DNA of 64,000 nt from Myxococcota bacterium (lineage in GTDB: Bacteria > Myxococcota_A > UBA9042 > PHBI01 > JACKFB01). Shown one piece after another: positions 53,709 to 63,656 of this stretch (its first letter is position 1; each line of letters starts with the position of its first letter). The stretch is from contig JAWKRR010000022.1 of the NCBI GenBank assembly GCA_041389525.1, positions 19,130-83,129 of the forward strand. The letters run 5' to 3'. A program made the translations under genes and the position numbers. Below the pieces are notes generated by a model, which was not told the DNA's origin, did no database searches, and was given only the letters and a program-made list of their open reading frames with translations.

Positions 53709-55745
53709 ATGAGCTGGCGAATCACTTGTTGTCTGGGTTTGCTGTTGGCGATGGCCCTCGTGGCCCCGAGCTGCGCGGACGAGAGCACGGCCGGGCCCGA
53801 GCTGGGCGCGGTCGAGGCGGCGCTGACCGTGGAGCAAGCGAAGGCGCTTGGCGCGCAGCTCTGCGGCGGCCCGGAGGGGTTGACCTGTGGCGCGGGTGAG
53901 TTCTGCCGCGAGCGCATGGGGAGCTGCGGCAAGGCGGGCTGGGGCGTGTGCCGCAAGGCTCCGAAGGCGTGTCCGCGGCACGTGAAGCCGGTGTGCGGGT
54001 GTAACGGCAAGAGCTACCGCAACGCGTGTGAGGCCGCGCAGGCCGGCGCGTCGGTGGCCCACTCGGGTCGGTGCGAGCCGGTCGAGCCGCCGATTGCGTG
54101 CGGCAAGCACGGGAGCTGCCCCGACGGGATGATCTGCAACGCCAAGGGTTGCGGGGAGATCGTCACCGGGATCTGCGTGGCAAAGCCGGAGATCTGCCCG
54201 GACGTCTACGCGCCGGTCTGCGGTTGCGATGGCGAGACCTACGGCAACGCGTGCGAGTCGCTGGCGGCTGGCGTGCGGGTGGGTTCGGACGGGCAGTGCG
54301 CGCCGCCCTTCTGCGGCGGAAAGGCTGGGTACGAGTGCCCGAAGGGGCAGGTCTGCATCAACCCGGCCGGGACCTGCGACGTCGTGGACAACGCGGGGCA
54401 GTGCGTGACGCCGCCGCGGGGCTGCACCAAGGAGTACGCGCCGGTCTGCGGCTGCGACGGCGTGACTTACGGAAACGGCTGCATGGCGACGGCCGCGGGC
54501 GTGAGCATCGACCGCAAGGGCGCCTGCTGCGAGCCCGTGCTCTGCGAGCTCTTCTGCGAGAACGGGTTCGCCACCGACGAAAACGGCTGCGAGATCTGCA
54601 AGTGCAACCCCGTGTCGAAGTGCTGTGACGAGGCGGCGTTCCCGCTCTGCCTCATCGGCAACGCGGAGTGCTGCGGCGATGGGAGCTGGGCGTGCCCGAA
54701 CGGGGCGACCGGCGAGAGCCAGTGCAAGGCGGGGCCCGGCAAGGTGTGCGAGGGCGGCTGCTGCGACCCGGCGAAGGCGCCGGTCTTCACGGGGACCTCG
54801 GGCTGCAAAGAGGGCTACGCCTGCTGCCCCGACGGGACGTGGGCCTGCAGCATCGGCGACGCCAAGACCTTCCCGTGCGGTGGCGAGCTGACCCAGGGGC
54901 CCTTTGGCGAGGTCTGCCCGGCCGAGCCTGGCTGCTGCGACGGCAAGACCGAGCCGGGCGCCTTCGGGAACCCCTTCTGCTTCGAGGGCCACGCCTGCTG
55001 CCCCGATGGGACGTGGGCCTGCAGCATCGGCGACGGCAAGACGTTCTCGTGCGGGGGCGAGCTGACCACCGGTCCCTTCGGCGGCATCTGCGAGGTCGAG
55101 GACACGTGCTGCGACAAGGCGGAGTTCCCGCTCTGCCTCATCGGAAACGCCGAGTGCTGCGGTGACGGGACCTGGGCCTGCCCGGACGGGAAGACCGGCG
55201 CGAGCCAGTGCAAGGTCAAGGGCGGCGAGGTCTGCCCGGTCGAGGGCGCCTGCTGCGACAAGGCGAAGGCGCCGGGCGTCAACGGCGCCTCGGGCTGCAA
55301 AGAGAACTACGCCTGCTGCCCCGACGGGACGTGGGCCTGCAGCATCGGCGACGGCAAGACCTTCCCGTGCGGGGGCGAGCTGACGCAGGGGCCCTTCGGC
55401 GAGGTCTGCCCGGTCGAGCCGGGCTGCTGCGACGCCAAGACCGAGCCGGGCGCGTTCGGCAATCCGATCTGCTTCGAGGGCCACGCCTGCTGCCCGGACG
55501 GGTCGTGGTCGTGCAGCATCGGCGACGGCAAGACCTTCTCCTGCGGGGGCGAGCTGAGCACCGGTCCCTTCGGTGAGGCCTGCCCCGTGGAGGCGCCGTG
55601 CTGCGACAAGGCGGAGTTCCCGCTCTGCCTCATCGGCAACGCGGAGTGCTGCGGCGACGGAAGCTGGGCGTGCCCGAACGGCGCGACCGGTGCCAGCCAG
55701 TGCAAGGTCAAGGGCGGCGCGGTCTGCCCGGCGACGACGAAGTGA
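53709..55745 (+). CDS. secreted lipoprotein with three or four Kazal-type domains followed by tandem Cys-rich repeats
   Basis: ATG 53709, lipobox 'LVAPSCAD'. Kazal cores 'CPRHVKPVCGCNGKSYRNACEAAQAGASV', 'CPDVYAPVCGCDGETYGNACESLAAGVRV', 'CTKEYAPVCGCDGVTYGNGCMATAAGVSI'. Then alternating 'CCDKAEFPLCLIGNAECCGDGSWACPNGATGASQCK' and 'CKEGYACCPDGTWACSIGDGKTFPCGGELTQGPFGEVCP' units. The antisense ORF 53685..55484(-) is rejected. Confidence 0.7.
   Translation: MSWRITCCLGLLLAMALVAPSCADESTAGPELGAVEAALTVEQAKALGAQLCGGPEGLTCGAGEFCRERMGSCGKAGWGVCRKAPKACPRHVKPVCGCNGKSYRNACEAAQAGASVAHSGRCEPVEPPIACGKHGSCPDGMICNAKGCGEIVTGICVAKPEICPDVYAPVCGCDGETYGNACESLAAGVRVGSDGQCAPPFCGGKAGYECPKGQVCINPAGTCDVVDNAGQCVTPPRGCTKEYAPVCGCDGVTYGNGCMATAAGVSIDRKGACCEPVLCELFCENGFATDENGCEICKCNPVSKCCDEAAFPLCLIGNAECCGDGSWACPNGATGESQCKAGPGKVCEGGCCDPAKAPVFTGTSGCKEGYACCPDGTWACSIGDAKTFPCGGELTQGPFGEVCPAEPGCCDGKTEPGAFGNPFCFEGHACCPDGTWACSIGDGKTFSCGGELTTGPFGGICEVEDTCCDKAEFPLCLIGNAECCGDGTWACPDGKTGASQCKVKGGEVCPVEGACCDKAKAPGVNGASGCKENYACCPDGTWACSIGDGKTFPCGGELTQGPFGEVCPVEPGCCDAKTEPGAFGNPICFEGHACCPDGSWSCSIGDGKTFSCGGELSTGPFGEACPVEAPCCDKAEFPLCLIGNAECCGDGSWACPNGATGASQCKVKGGAVCPATTK
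54626..55745 (+). repeat. ~485-bp tandem DNA repeat (about 2.3 copies) inside the Kazal/Cys-rich gene
   Basis: 'tgctg(c/t)gac(a/g)aggcgg(a/c)gttcccgctctgcctcatcgg(c/a)aacgc(g/c)gagtgctgcgg' recurs at 54626, 55108 and 55598. Confidence 0.75.
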
Positions 55746-55904
55746 TCCGGGGCCTCCGCGCCGCGCTTGTACGGCGCGGCGCGGGGGCGCTCACCGGCCG
55801 TCTGGGCTCGCTTTGAGCCGGGTGAACGAGGTAGTGCCGGTGTCAGGCCCCGGCGACGCCGAGCCGGCGAGCACCCCACCCCGCAGCCCCCCGCGAGGCC
55901 CCCG

Positions 55905-56696
55905 ATGGCGACGCCGCGACTGGTGACGATCCCGTTCAGCCACTTCTGCGAGAAGGCGCGCTGGGCGCTGGACCGCGCCGGGGTGGCCTACCGCGAGCAG
56001 GGGCACGTGCCGCTGGTGCACCGGCCCTTCAGCATGGCGGCGGGAGGCACGGGCTCGGTCCCCGTGCTCGTGGCGGGGAAGCAGACGCTGGCGGAGAGCG
56101 CCGACATCGTGCGCTGGGCCGACGAAGGCCTCGCGGAGCCCGACCGCCTCTACCCCGCGGCGCCGGAGCTACGCGCTGAGGTGGACGCGCTGGTCACCGA
56201 CTTCGACGGCGTGCTGGGGCCCAAGGCGCGGCTGTGGTGCTACTACCACTTGGGTCGTGGGCCAGAGGGTCGCGGCCGCCGCGCAGACCTCGTGGTGCCC
56301 TACGCGGGCAAGGGCGCGCCGGCGGTCGAGCGCGCGCTGCTGCGCGTGGGCTGGAGCCCCGCGCTCAGCCTCATCGTGCGCGCCTACGGCTGCACACCCG
56401 AGCGCGCCGCGAAAGCCGTGACCCGCATCGACGCGAGCTTCGACGCGGTCAATGCGCGCCTGAAGACCGGCGGCCCCTGGCTGTGCGGCGCGCGATTCAC
56501 CGCCGCCGACCTGGTCTTCGCGTCGCTGGCCGCCCCGCTGCTCAGCCCGCCCGAGCACCCCTTCCCCGCACCAGACCCGGCGGCCCTGGGCGGCGAGGCG
56601 GCGGCGTGCGTCGCGCGCTGGAAGAGCCAGCCCGCGGGCCAGCTTGCGCTGCGAGCCTACCGCGAGCAGCGGCGACGCGTGGTCGGCCGCGGCTAG
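55905..56696 (+). CDS. glutathione S-transferase-family protein (thioredoxin-fold N-terminus)
   Basis: ATG 55905. 'LVTIPFSHFCEKARWALDRAGVAYREQ...VPVLVAGKQTLAESADIVRW' is the GST_N-like beta-alpha-beta/CPxC-substitute region. C-terminal helical domain. Confidence 0.6.
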   Translation: MATPRLVTIPFSHFCEKARWALDRAGVAYREQGHVPLVHRPFSMAAGGTGSVPVLVAGKQTLAESADIVRWADEGLAEPDRLYPAAPELRAEVDALVTDFDGVLGPKARLWCYYHLGRGPEGRGRRADLVVPYAGKGAPAVERALLRVGWSPALSLIVRAYGCTPERAAKAVTRIDASFDAVNARLKTGGPWLCGARFTAADLVFASLAAPLLSPPEHPFPAPDPAALGGEAAACVARWKSQPAGQLALRAYREQRRRVVGRG

Positions 56697-56735
56697 GAGC
56701 AGGTCGAGAGCAAGTCTCAAGTCTTGACACGACCC

Positions 56736-57833
56736 CTAACGGATTGTCGCGCTGAGGACGTCGAACTCGGCGTAGACGAACTCACCCTCGGGCGCGTGCC
56801 AGCGGGCTTCGGCGTGCTTGACGCGCAGGGGCGGGCCGTCGTCGAAGTAGGCGGTGACGGGCGTCGAGAAGCGGGTGAGCGTGAAGTCGCCGGGGGCGCT
56901 GGTCGCGCGGGAGCGGTCGTCGGAGACGAAGTTCACGACGCGCCCGGCGGCGTCGAAGTGCAGCGTGGCCGAGACCTGCTGCGCGCCCTGGCTGAGGCGG
57001 GCCCGGGCGGTCACGTCGTCGATGGGCTCCCAGGTGATGGCCGGATCCAGCAGCGTCCGCGGCGCCAGCAACGTCATGTCGTTGAGCAGCGTCACCGACT
57101 CCGAGCGGTCCATCACCTCACCGCTCGCGTCCTGGACGGGGATCACGCCCAGCACGCGCACCTGCATGGTCGCGTGGCCGCCGACGAGGCGATGGTAGGC
57201 CTCCACAGGCAGGCCGTGGGTGCTCGCGCGCATCAGGAAGAAGCGGGCCGCCGGCGCGGTCGCGCTCTGCTGCTCGGCCTCAAAGGGCATCCAGGCCTCG
57301 TCCGGGCCGCTGCGGATGCGCCCGCGTAGCCTCAACGCGTAGCTGCTCGCGCGCGGGGAGCCAGCGACGACCCCGCTGAGGCTCAGGTAGCGGCGGACCG
57401 GCGCGGGGAGCGCGTCGATCTCGGGCTGTGTCACCTGCCCCGGGTCTGCGGGGGTCTCGACGAGCGCGGCCGTGTCTCGGGCGAAGCGGGCCTCGAAGCT
57501 CTGCGGGCCGTGGACCAGGTAGCCCTGCAGGACGCCGAGCAGGAGCAGCACGTTCACCACGGTGCCGAAGCGCGCGTCCTGCCACGACGCGACGATCGCG
57601 ATCTGCGAGACCACCACAGCGGCCGCGCCCAGCATCCACCAGCCCCGCGGCCACAAGAAGAGGGCGCCGGCGGCGGCGAGGCAGAGCAGCGCCGCCGCCA
57701 GCCAGACCGCTCCCATGGGGCGCGAGATGGGGAGGTTGAGCTGCGGTAGCTCCGCCCAGCCGAAGGCCTTAGCCACCCCGAGAAGGTGGATCAGACCATG
57801 CAGCGCGACGATTGCAGCGAACACCCAGCGCAT
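56736..57833 (-). CDS. hypothetical membrane protein (N-terminal 4-TM region plus soluble C-terminal domain)
   Basis: Start MRWVF (ATG 57833). TM helices 'WVFAAIVALHGLIHLLGV', 'AVWLAAALLCLAAAGALFLW', 'WWMLGAAAVVVSQIAIVASW', 'VVNVLLLLGVLQGYLV'. No family assigned. Confidence 0.5.
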   Translation of the reverse strand: MRWVFAAIVALHGLIHLLGVAKAFGWAELPQLNLPISRPMGAVWLAAALLCLAAAGALFLWPRGWWMLGAAAVVVSQIAIVASWQDARFGTVVNVLLLLGVLQGYLVHGPQSFEARFARDTAALVETPADPGQVTQPEIDALPAPVRRYLSLSGVVAGSPRASSYALRLRGRIRSGPDEAWMPFEAEQQSATAPAARFFLMRASTHGLPVEAYHRLVGGHATMQVRVLGVIPVQDASGEVMDRSESVTLLNDMTLLAPRTLLDPAITWEPIDDVTARARLSQGAQQVSATLHFDAAGRVVNFVSDDRSRATSAPGDFTLTRFSTPVTAYFDDGPPLRVKHAEARWHAPEGEFVYAEFDVLSATIR

Positions 57834-58136
57834 GTCGACCTCCCAGAGGCTCCCCGCGGCGCGTCCGGCGAGGGACGCCCGACCGACGCGGCGGCGCGGG
57901 TCAGCGCGCTGAAAACTCAGCAAATTCCGTGCCGCCCGTGGCGCGCGGCGCCCGGCGGAGGAGCGCCCCGCCGCACGGCCCTGCGCCCGGCCATCGCGGG
58001 TGTGCGAAAAGGCCCAGCGCGGGGTGACGGGATGGTGCCAATCGCCCGCGCGCCAGCGACACCAGGGACCAGCCGCTCGAGAGCAGCGCCGCGCGTGGTC
58101 AGGCCGGCCGGCGCCTGACCGCGGAGGCCCTACAAC

Positions 58137-58904
58137 CTACTTGGAAGCCTGGGTCTCGCCGGCCGGGAGGATGGCGCGGAGGGCGTCGCCCCGGAAAACC
58201 AGCGATGGACTGGCGCCGTCGAGGCCCAGCGCGCGGCAGAGGTCGGCGGTCTGGCCGGAGCCGGTGAGGTCGAGGCGGCTGCTGGACCCGCTGCTCCAGC
58301 GCACCGGGTGACTGGTCTCGATGACCGTGCGGATGAGCACGCCGTCTTTTCGGGTGAACGTCACGAATGGGACGCCCTGCGTGGTGAGGCCGCGGGTGCT
58401 GGGCTGGACGTAGCGCAGCTCTCCGGGGATCTCGATGGCGGCTGTGTTTTCCCCAAAGTCCGTGGTGATCTCGGTGACGTACTTGGGGTAGCCCCAGATC
58501 TCCTTGCCTGCCGCGCAGGCCTCGGGCGTCGTCACCGGCAGGCTGGCCACCCACAGCGCTTGCTCGGGCTGGGCGCGCAGGTCCAAGGCGAGGCGCATCA
58601 GCGAGGGCCGGCTCCCCGCGCGCTTGGCCAGCACGGCGAGGCCCAGCTCGTTGTAAACGCCCACCGTGGTGTCGCGGTACTCGAACGCGCAGAGGAAGAC
58701 CGTCGCCTTGCCAAGCGCCACCAACGGCTCCAGGTCGCCGGCGGGCAGGCACGCGCCGGCCAGCGCAGGGTCCACGCGGAAGAAGGCGCCGATGAGGCTG
58801 GCGTCGCGGTAGAGAATCGGCAGCGCGCAGGGACCCGCGCTGGTCGGGACCTCGACCTGCCGCACCGTGGCGAAGAACTCAGCAGCCGTCGATGCACGCG
58901 CCAT
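58137..58904 (-). CDS. acetoacetate decarboxylase (ADC)-family protein
   Basis: Start MARASTAAEFF (ATG 58904). 'LPILYRDASLIGAFFRVDPALAGACLP...EPLVALGKATVFLCAFEYRDTTVGVYNELGLAVLA' fits the ADC-like beta-cone family. The upstream ORF extension is Arg-rich noise. Confidence 0.55.
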   Translation of the reverse strand: MARASTAAEFFATVRQVEVPTSAGPCALPILYRDASLIGAFFRVDPALAGACLPAGDLEPLVALGKATVFLCAFEYRDTTVGVYNELGLAVLAKRAGSRPSLMRLALDLRAQPEQALWVASLPVTTPEACAAGKEIWGYPKYVTEITTDFGENTAAIEIPGELRYVQPSTRGLTTQGVPFVTFTRKDGVLIRTVIETSHPVRWSSGSSSRLDLTGSGQTADLCRALGLDGASPSLVFRGDALRAILPAGETQASK

Positions 58905-59144
58905 CTCTTGCCCCCGCCGCGAGGTGCGGGCCCAGGGACGCCCGCGGGTGTGAGTGTGCTGTGGTGTGGACCGATAGTGCGCCCGGCCAAACGCGGGCGC
59001 AACGGCCGCGCGGCGTCCTCTGGGCGTCCGCCAGCCCCGCCCCGAGGACGCCGCGCGGCCCAAGCGAGTGCCCGCCGCCGACGGATGCTGTAGCCTCTCG
59101 CGAACCCGCCACGCGCTCGCGCGCTCCGCCCCCAAGAGGTCACC

Positions 59145-59486
59145 GTGCTGACGCTCATCTGCAAATCCACCTGTAGCACCTGCGGTAAGGCCGTCGCCCT
59201 GCTCCGAGAGCGCGAGATTCCCTACGTCTACCGCGAGTACACCAAGCAGCCGCTGAGCGCGGACGAGCTACGCGCGATCCTCGCCACGCTGGCGGTCGGC
59301 CCCCGCGACGTGCTCCGCAGCCGCGACGCGAACGCCCTGGGACTGCGCGGCGACGAAGACGGCGACGAGCTGATCGCCCTGATGGCGCAGCACCCGACGC
59401 TGGTCCAGCGCCCCATCGGCCTGCTCGACGGCCGCGCGGTCGTCGGTCGCCCTCCGGAGCGCCTGCTCGAGCTCTTCGACCGATAG
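59145..59486 (+). CDS. ArsC/Spx-family thioredoxin-fold protein (YffB-like)
   Basis: 'MLTLICKSTCSTCGKAVALLREREIPYVYREYTKQPLSADELRAIL...HPTLVQRPIGLLDGRAVVGRP' aligns along its length with Spx/ArsC-family proteins (CxxC near the N-terminus). Confidence 0.75.
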   Translation: MLTLICKSTCSTCGKAVALLREREIPYVYREYTKQPLSADELRAILATLAVGPRDVLRSRDANALGLRGDEDGDELIALMAQHPTLVQRPIGLLDGRAVVGRPPERLLELFDR

Positions 59487-59558
59487 CGGTCACCGCGATG
59501 ACCCGCGCGCTCGGCCGCCACCGACCGCCCGCGCGAGGTAAGCCAGCCCGAGATCCCC

Positions 59559-62318
59559 TCAGCCGGCCTCCAGCACCGCCCGCACCTTCCGCAGCAGCTC
59601 GCTCGGCATGAACGGCTTCTGCAGGAAGTGCGTGCCCGGCTCGAGCACCCCGTGCCGCACCACCGCGTTGTCGGTCCACCCCGACATGAACAGGACCTTG
59701 GTCCCCGGCCGCGCCTCCGACACCCGCTCGACCACCTGCCGCCCGCTCATCATCGGCATCACGACGTCGGTCAGCAGCAGGTGAATCGGCCCCTCGTGCG
59801 CCGCGCAGATCGAGAGCGCCGCCTCGCCGGAGTCCGCCACCAGCACCTCGTACCCGCGGTCCTGCAAGCTGCGCGTCGCCAGCGCGCGCACCGCCGGCTC
59901 GTCCTCGACCAGCAAGATCGTCTCCGAGCCGTCCAAGCTCCCGTCCGCCATCGCGTCGACCACCGGATCCGCCGTCGCCGACTCGCTCGGGAAGTAGATC
60001 TTGAACGCCGTCCCGTGCCCCAGCTCGCTGTAAACCCAGATGTGCCCACCGAGCTGCCGCACGATCCCGTAGCACATCGCCAGCCCGAGCCCGATGCCCT
60101 TGCCCTGCTCTTTGGTCGTGAAGAAGGGCTCGAAGATCCGCTCGGCGACCTCGGGCGGAATCCCCGTCCCCGTGTCACTCACGTCGAGTTTGACGTATGT
60201 GCCGGGTGACACCTCCGGATGAGTGGCGGCATATTCGGCGCCCAGCTCGACCCGGCTCAGCTCGATGGACAGCCGCCCGCCCGTCGGCATCGCGTCGCGC
60301 GCGTTCGTGGCCAGATTGACGAGGATCTGCTCGAAGCTCGTCGCGTCGGTCCGCACCACCAGCGGCTCCGGCGACGGCAGCGTCACCAGCTCCACGTCCT
60401 CGCCCAGCACCCGCCGCAGCAGCCGGTCCATCGACACGACCAGCTCGTTGAGGTCCAGCAGCCGCGGGTTGATGACCTGCCGCCGCGAGAACGCCAGCAG
60501 CTGCGCCGTCAGCCCGCTCGCCCGCTCCGCCGCCTCGATAATCTGGTCGAGGTCGTCGGCGGCGCGCGCGGGCGACTCCAGCAGGTCCTGCTTGGCAAAG
60601 GTCGAGAAGCTCATGATGACGGTGATGAGGTTGTTGAAGTCGTGCGCGATGCCGCCCGCCAGCCGCCCGATGGCGTCCATCCGCTGCGCGTGCCGAAGCT
60701 GCTCCTCGAGCTTCCGCCGCGCCGTCACGTCCCGAACCGAGGTCAGCACCCAGCTCGCGCCGTCGAACTCCGCCGTGCTCAGCGAGATGTCCGCGGGGAA
60801 CTCGGTGCCGTCCCGCGTGACCGCGACGAACTCGCGGCCCGCCCACAGCGACGCGTCCTGCCGCGCCCGCGCCGCATCGCTGTGCGCGCCACTCCCCGGC
60901 AGCAGCGTCTCGACCGTCGCCCCGACCAGCTCGCCCCGCGCGTAGCCGAACTTCGCCTCCGCCTGCGTATTCGTCGCCTCGATCTCGCCAGCCGCGTTGC
61001 TTATGAGCATCGCGTCCGGCGTCGCCTCCAGCAGAATCCGGAAGCGCTCGCGCTCGCGCCGAATCGTCCGCTCGGCCTCGTGCTCCTTGCTGATATCGCG
61101 GAACATCAGGATCGCGCCCGAGCTCGCCCCGTCGAGGCCGCGGATGGGGGCGCAGCTATCGGCGATGGGGATCTCGCGGCCGTCTCGCGCCACCAGCAGC
61201 GTGTCGCTCGGCAGGCTGGCCGCGACCCCGGTCCGCAGCACGCGCTCGATGGGGCTGACCACCGGCGCGCGCGTGTCTTCGTCAATAAGGCTGAGGATTT
61301 CGCTCGCTCTCCGCCCGATCGCCTCGCGCTCAGTCCACCCGGTCAACGCCTCGGCCACGGGGTTGAAGCGGGTCACGCACCCGTCCGCGTCGGTGGCGAC
61401 CATGGCGTCGCCCACGCTGCGCAAGGTCGCCCGCAGGCTGGCTTCGCTGGTGCGCAGGACCTGCTCGGCGTTGCCGACGAGCTGCACCGCGCGCACCGCC
61501 AGGACCAGCCCCAGGACCGCGCTCAGCGTGGCGACCAGCGCCGCCGCAAACGCCGGACCGTGCGCCAGCAGCTCGTCGTCGTGAACGATGAGGCCGCCGA
61601 GCAGCAGCGGCGCGAAGAGCGCGACGGGGAGATAGCGCTTGCACAGCACGGCCGCCCCGCCGGAGCCCATGGTCGCCTCGGCCAGCCCTTTGCCGTGGTT
61701 GACGAGCAGCAAGGCCAGCGCCAGCAGCGCGAACGCCACCGCGGTGTGCAGGGCGAGGGTCCTGTAGAGCGCCACGCTGTAGAGGTCGGCGACCCCGTAC
61801 CCGTAGGTGGCGATGGCGACCAGCACGAGCACGCCGGTCAGCACCGTGAGGGTCAGCGCGAGGCGTCGGCGCCAGGTGCCGCGGGCCTGCACGACCAGCG
61901 TGGTCCCGATGAAGACGCAGCACAGCGCGGTGCCCTGGGACATCCGCCCGGGCGCCAGCCCCGCCGCGCGCGAGGCCTCGTCGCGAAAGAGCAGCTCGTC
62001 GAGGCCCAGGTCCAGCGCCGTGAACTCGGCCGCCAGCGCCGCCGCGCCCAACACCGCGGCCAGCCCACCGGCGACCCGCGACAGGTTCGCGAGCCAGGCG
62101 CGGGAATCCCGGGCGTAGAAGATCTGCAACAGAATGCCCGAGGCCCCGAAGACGATAGCCAGGGCGGTGTTGGCCTTCATCGTGCTGAGGCCGGGGAGGA
62201 TGCTCTTGGCCCAATCCAGGTCGAAGCACCACCCCAGCAAGCCCAGGCTGCCCAGCGCGAACGCCACGGCCGCAAGCCCCGCGGGGACCGTGAGTTTGGC
62301 CTTTTGCTCGTCAACCAA
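59559..62318 (-). CDS. hybrid sensor histidine kinase/response regulator (N-terminal ~8-TM sensor, two PAS domains, HisKA, HATPase_c, REC)
   Basis: HisKA '[20 protein letters not shown]' (H-box). HATPase '[20 protein letters not shown]...[34 protein letters not shown]'. REC '[35 protein letters not shown]...[15 protein letters not shown]'. PAS '[30 protein letters not shown]'. Confidence 0.85.
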   Translation of the reverse strand: MVDEQKAKLTVPAGLAAVAFALGSLGLLGWCFDLDWAKSILPGLSTMKANTALAIVFGASGILLQIFYARDSRAWLANLSRVAGGLAAVLGAAALAAEFTALDLGLDELLFRDEASRAAGLAPGRMSQGTALCCVFIGTTLVVQARGTWRRRLALTLTVLTGVLVLVAIATYGYGVADLYSVALYRTLALHTAVAFALLALALLLVNHGKGLAEATMGSGGAAVLCKRYLPVALFAPLLLGGLIVHDDELLAHGPAFAAALVATLSAVLGLVLAVRAVQLVGNAEQVLRTSEASLRATLRSVGDAMVATDADGCVTRFNPVAEALTGWTEREAIGRRASEILSLIDEDTRAPVVSPIERVLRTGVAASLPSDTLLVARDGREIPIADSCAPIRGLDGASSGAILMFRDISKEHEAERTIRRERERFRILLEATPDAMLISNAAGEIEATNTQAEAKFGYARGELVGATVETLLPGSGAHSDAARARQDASLWAGREFVAVTRDGTEFPADISLSTAEFDGASWVLTSVRDVTARRKLEEQLRHAQRMDAIGRLAGGIAHDFNNLITVIMSFSTFAKQDLLESPARAADDLDQIIEAAERASGLTAQLLAFSRRQVINPRLLDLNELVVSMDRLLRRVLGEDVELVTLPSPEPLVVRTDATSFEQILVNLATNARDAMPTGGRLSIELSRVELGAEYAATHPEVSPGTYVKLDVSDTGTGIPPEVAERIFEPFFTTKEQGKGIGLGLAMCYGIVRQLGGHIWVYSELGHGTAFKIYFPSESATADPVVDAMADGSLDGSETILLVEDEPAVRALATRSLQDRGYEVLVADSGEAALSICAAHEGPIHLLLTDVVMPMMSGRQVVERVSEARPGTKVLFMSGWTDNAVVRHGVLEPGTHFLQKPFMPSELLRKVRAVLEAG

Positions 62319-62492
62319 CGCGGACTCCGATGCGCGCGAGAGAGGCGACGCAGCACCCGACCACGCTACAGCCCGGAGCGATTTCGCGAAAGGGCTTTGG
62401 GCCGGCTGCGAGTCGCGCCCATCACCGGTTCGGGGCGCTGGCGGCGGCGCGCGAACGCCCAGCGCTCGACCAGGACGCGCCCCACCCGCGCC

Positions 62493-63656
62493 TCAGCCCG
62501 CGCTGCCGCCCCGCGTCACCGTGTGGTCGTCGGAGCGCACCAGCCCGTCGGCGTCGGTCACGGTGACCTCGATGCGGTTGATCTCCTTGCGAAGATCCAG
62601 GCGGATCCTGGTCGAAAGCGAGGTCGGACTCAGCGGCGTCCCGTCTCCGAACCACGCGACGGCCAAGGGCGGGCGCATGTCCACCGTCTCGATGTGAAAC
62701 GACGGAGGCCGCGGGCCGATGGCCTTCGTGGGGCCGGCGATCGCCACCTCGGCGGTGTCGGCGCGATTGCGCAGGGCACCGAAGCGCGCCCCCGCCACCA
62801 CGCGGTCGCCGACGACGACGAAGCGGTGGTAGTCCAGCGGCAGCGTCGGGAAGAGCGCCGCGCCCGAGTCGAGGGTCATCTTCTCCACCGCGATCTCGGT
62901 CGGCAGCCGCTCGGCCAGCGCCGCGCCGATGACGCCCTCGCTCGCGGTCTCGTCGCCCGCGCGATTGAACAGCTTCGCCAGCCCCCGCAAGATCCGGCTC
63001 GACGGCGCGCCCACCTGCGTCGACTGCACGCTCAGCGCGCCGCCCTGCGCCCGCAGAATCTCGGTGACCAGGATCTCCAACCGCGGGTCGCCGCGCCCGA
63101 TGTGCCCCTTCCGGCCCACGTTCAGCCGCCCGAAGATCTCGGTGATGATCGCCGAGTGCTCGCCCCCGACGGTGCCGCCCCGCACGTCCGAGATCCCCTG
63201 AATCACGATCTTGCCGTTCGGGTCCGGCTCGCCGTCCGTGGTGAAGCGCGTGGCCACCTCGCCCGACGCGATGGTCCGCTGCGCCTCACCGCGCAGAAAG
63301 CGCAGCGAGATGGCGAACGCGACCTGCTCGGCCCCCTCCAGCACAGGCGCGGGCCCCGTCCCGTCGAGGGCCGCGTCGCGCAGCGCCTCAATCCCCTCGC
63401 CCGCCGCGGTCTGCCGCCACATCCCGACCGAGGTCATCCCCGGCCCCGCCCCGGACGCGCCGACCGCCCGCGCCCGCACCTGCAAGTTCGGATGACTCGC
63501 CCGAAACCCCGCCGCGACCGCCTCGCACGCGGCGACCTCCTGCTCCGCGTCCAGCGGCCCGCCGGTCAGCGGGTGCCGAAGCTGCACGATGAGGTCGGGC
63601 ACCGGGTCCAGGGCGGCAAGCTGGGAGAAGACCGCAACAGGCGTAGACGCAGCCAT
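62493..63656 (-). CDS. hypothetical protein, possibly FIST-domain-like sensory protein (tentative)
   Basis: 387-aa protein-like ORF with no TM. Its size and position immediately downstream of a hybrid histidine kinase fit FIST N+C architecture, but no diagnostic motif could be confirmed by eye. Confidence 0.45.
   Translation of the reverse strand: MAASTPVAVFSQLAALDPVPDLIVQLRHPLTGGPLDAEQEVAACEAVAAGFRASHPNLQVRARAVGASGAGPGMTSVGMWRQTAAGEGIEALRDAALDGTGPAPVLEGAEQVAFAISLRFLRGEAQRTIASGEVATRFTTDGEPDPNGKIVIQGISDVRGGTVGGEHSAIITEIFGRLNVGRKGHIGRGDPRLEILVTEILRAQGGALSVQSTQVGAPSSRILRGLAKLFNRAGDETASEGVIGAALAERLPTEIAVEKMTLDSGAALFPTLPLDYHRFVVVGDRVVAGARFGALRNRADTAEVAIAGPTKAIGPRPPSFHIETVDMRPPLAVAWFGDGTPLSPTSLSTRIRLDLRKEINRIEVTVTDADGLVRSDDHTVTRGGSAG

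Noticed and set aside
53685-55484. 599-aa minus-strand ORF across the Kazal/Cys-rich gene
   Set aside because: Arg/Ala/Leu-rich antisense reading. The plus strand has a signal peptide and Kazal signatures.
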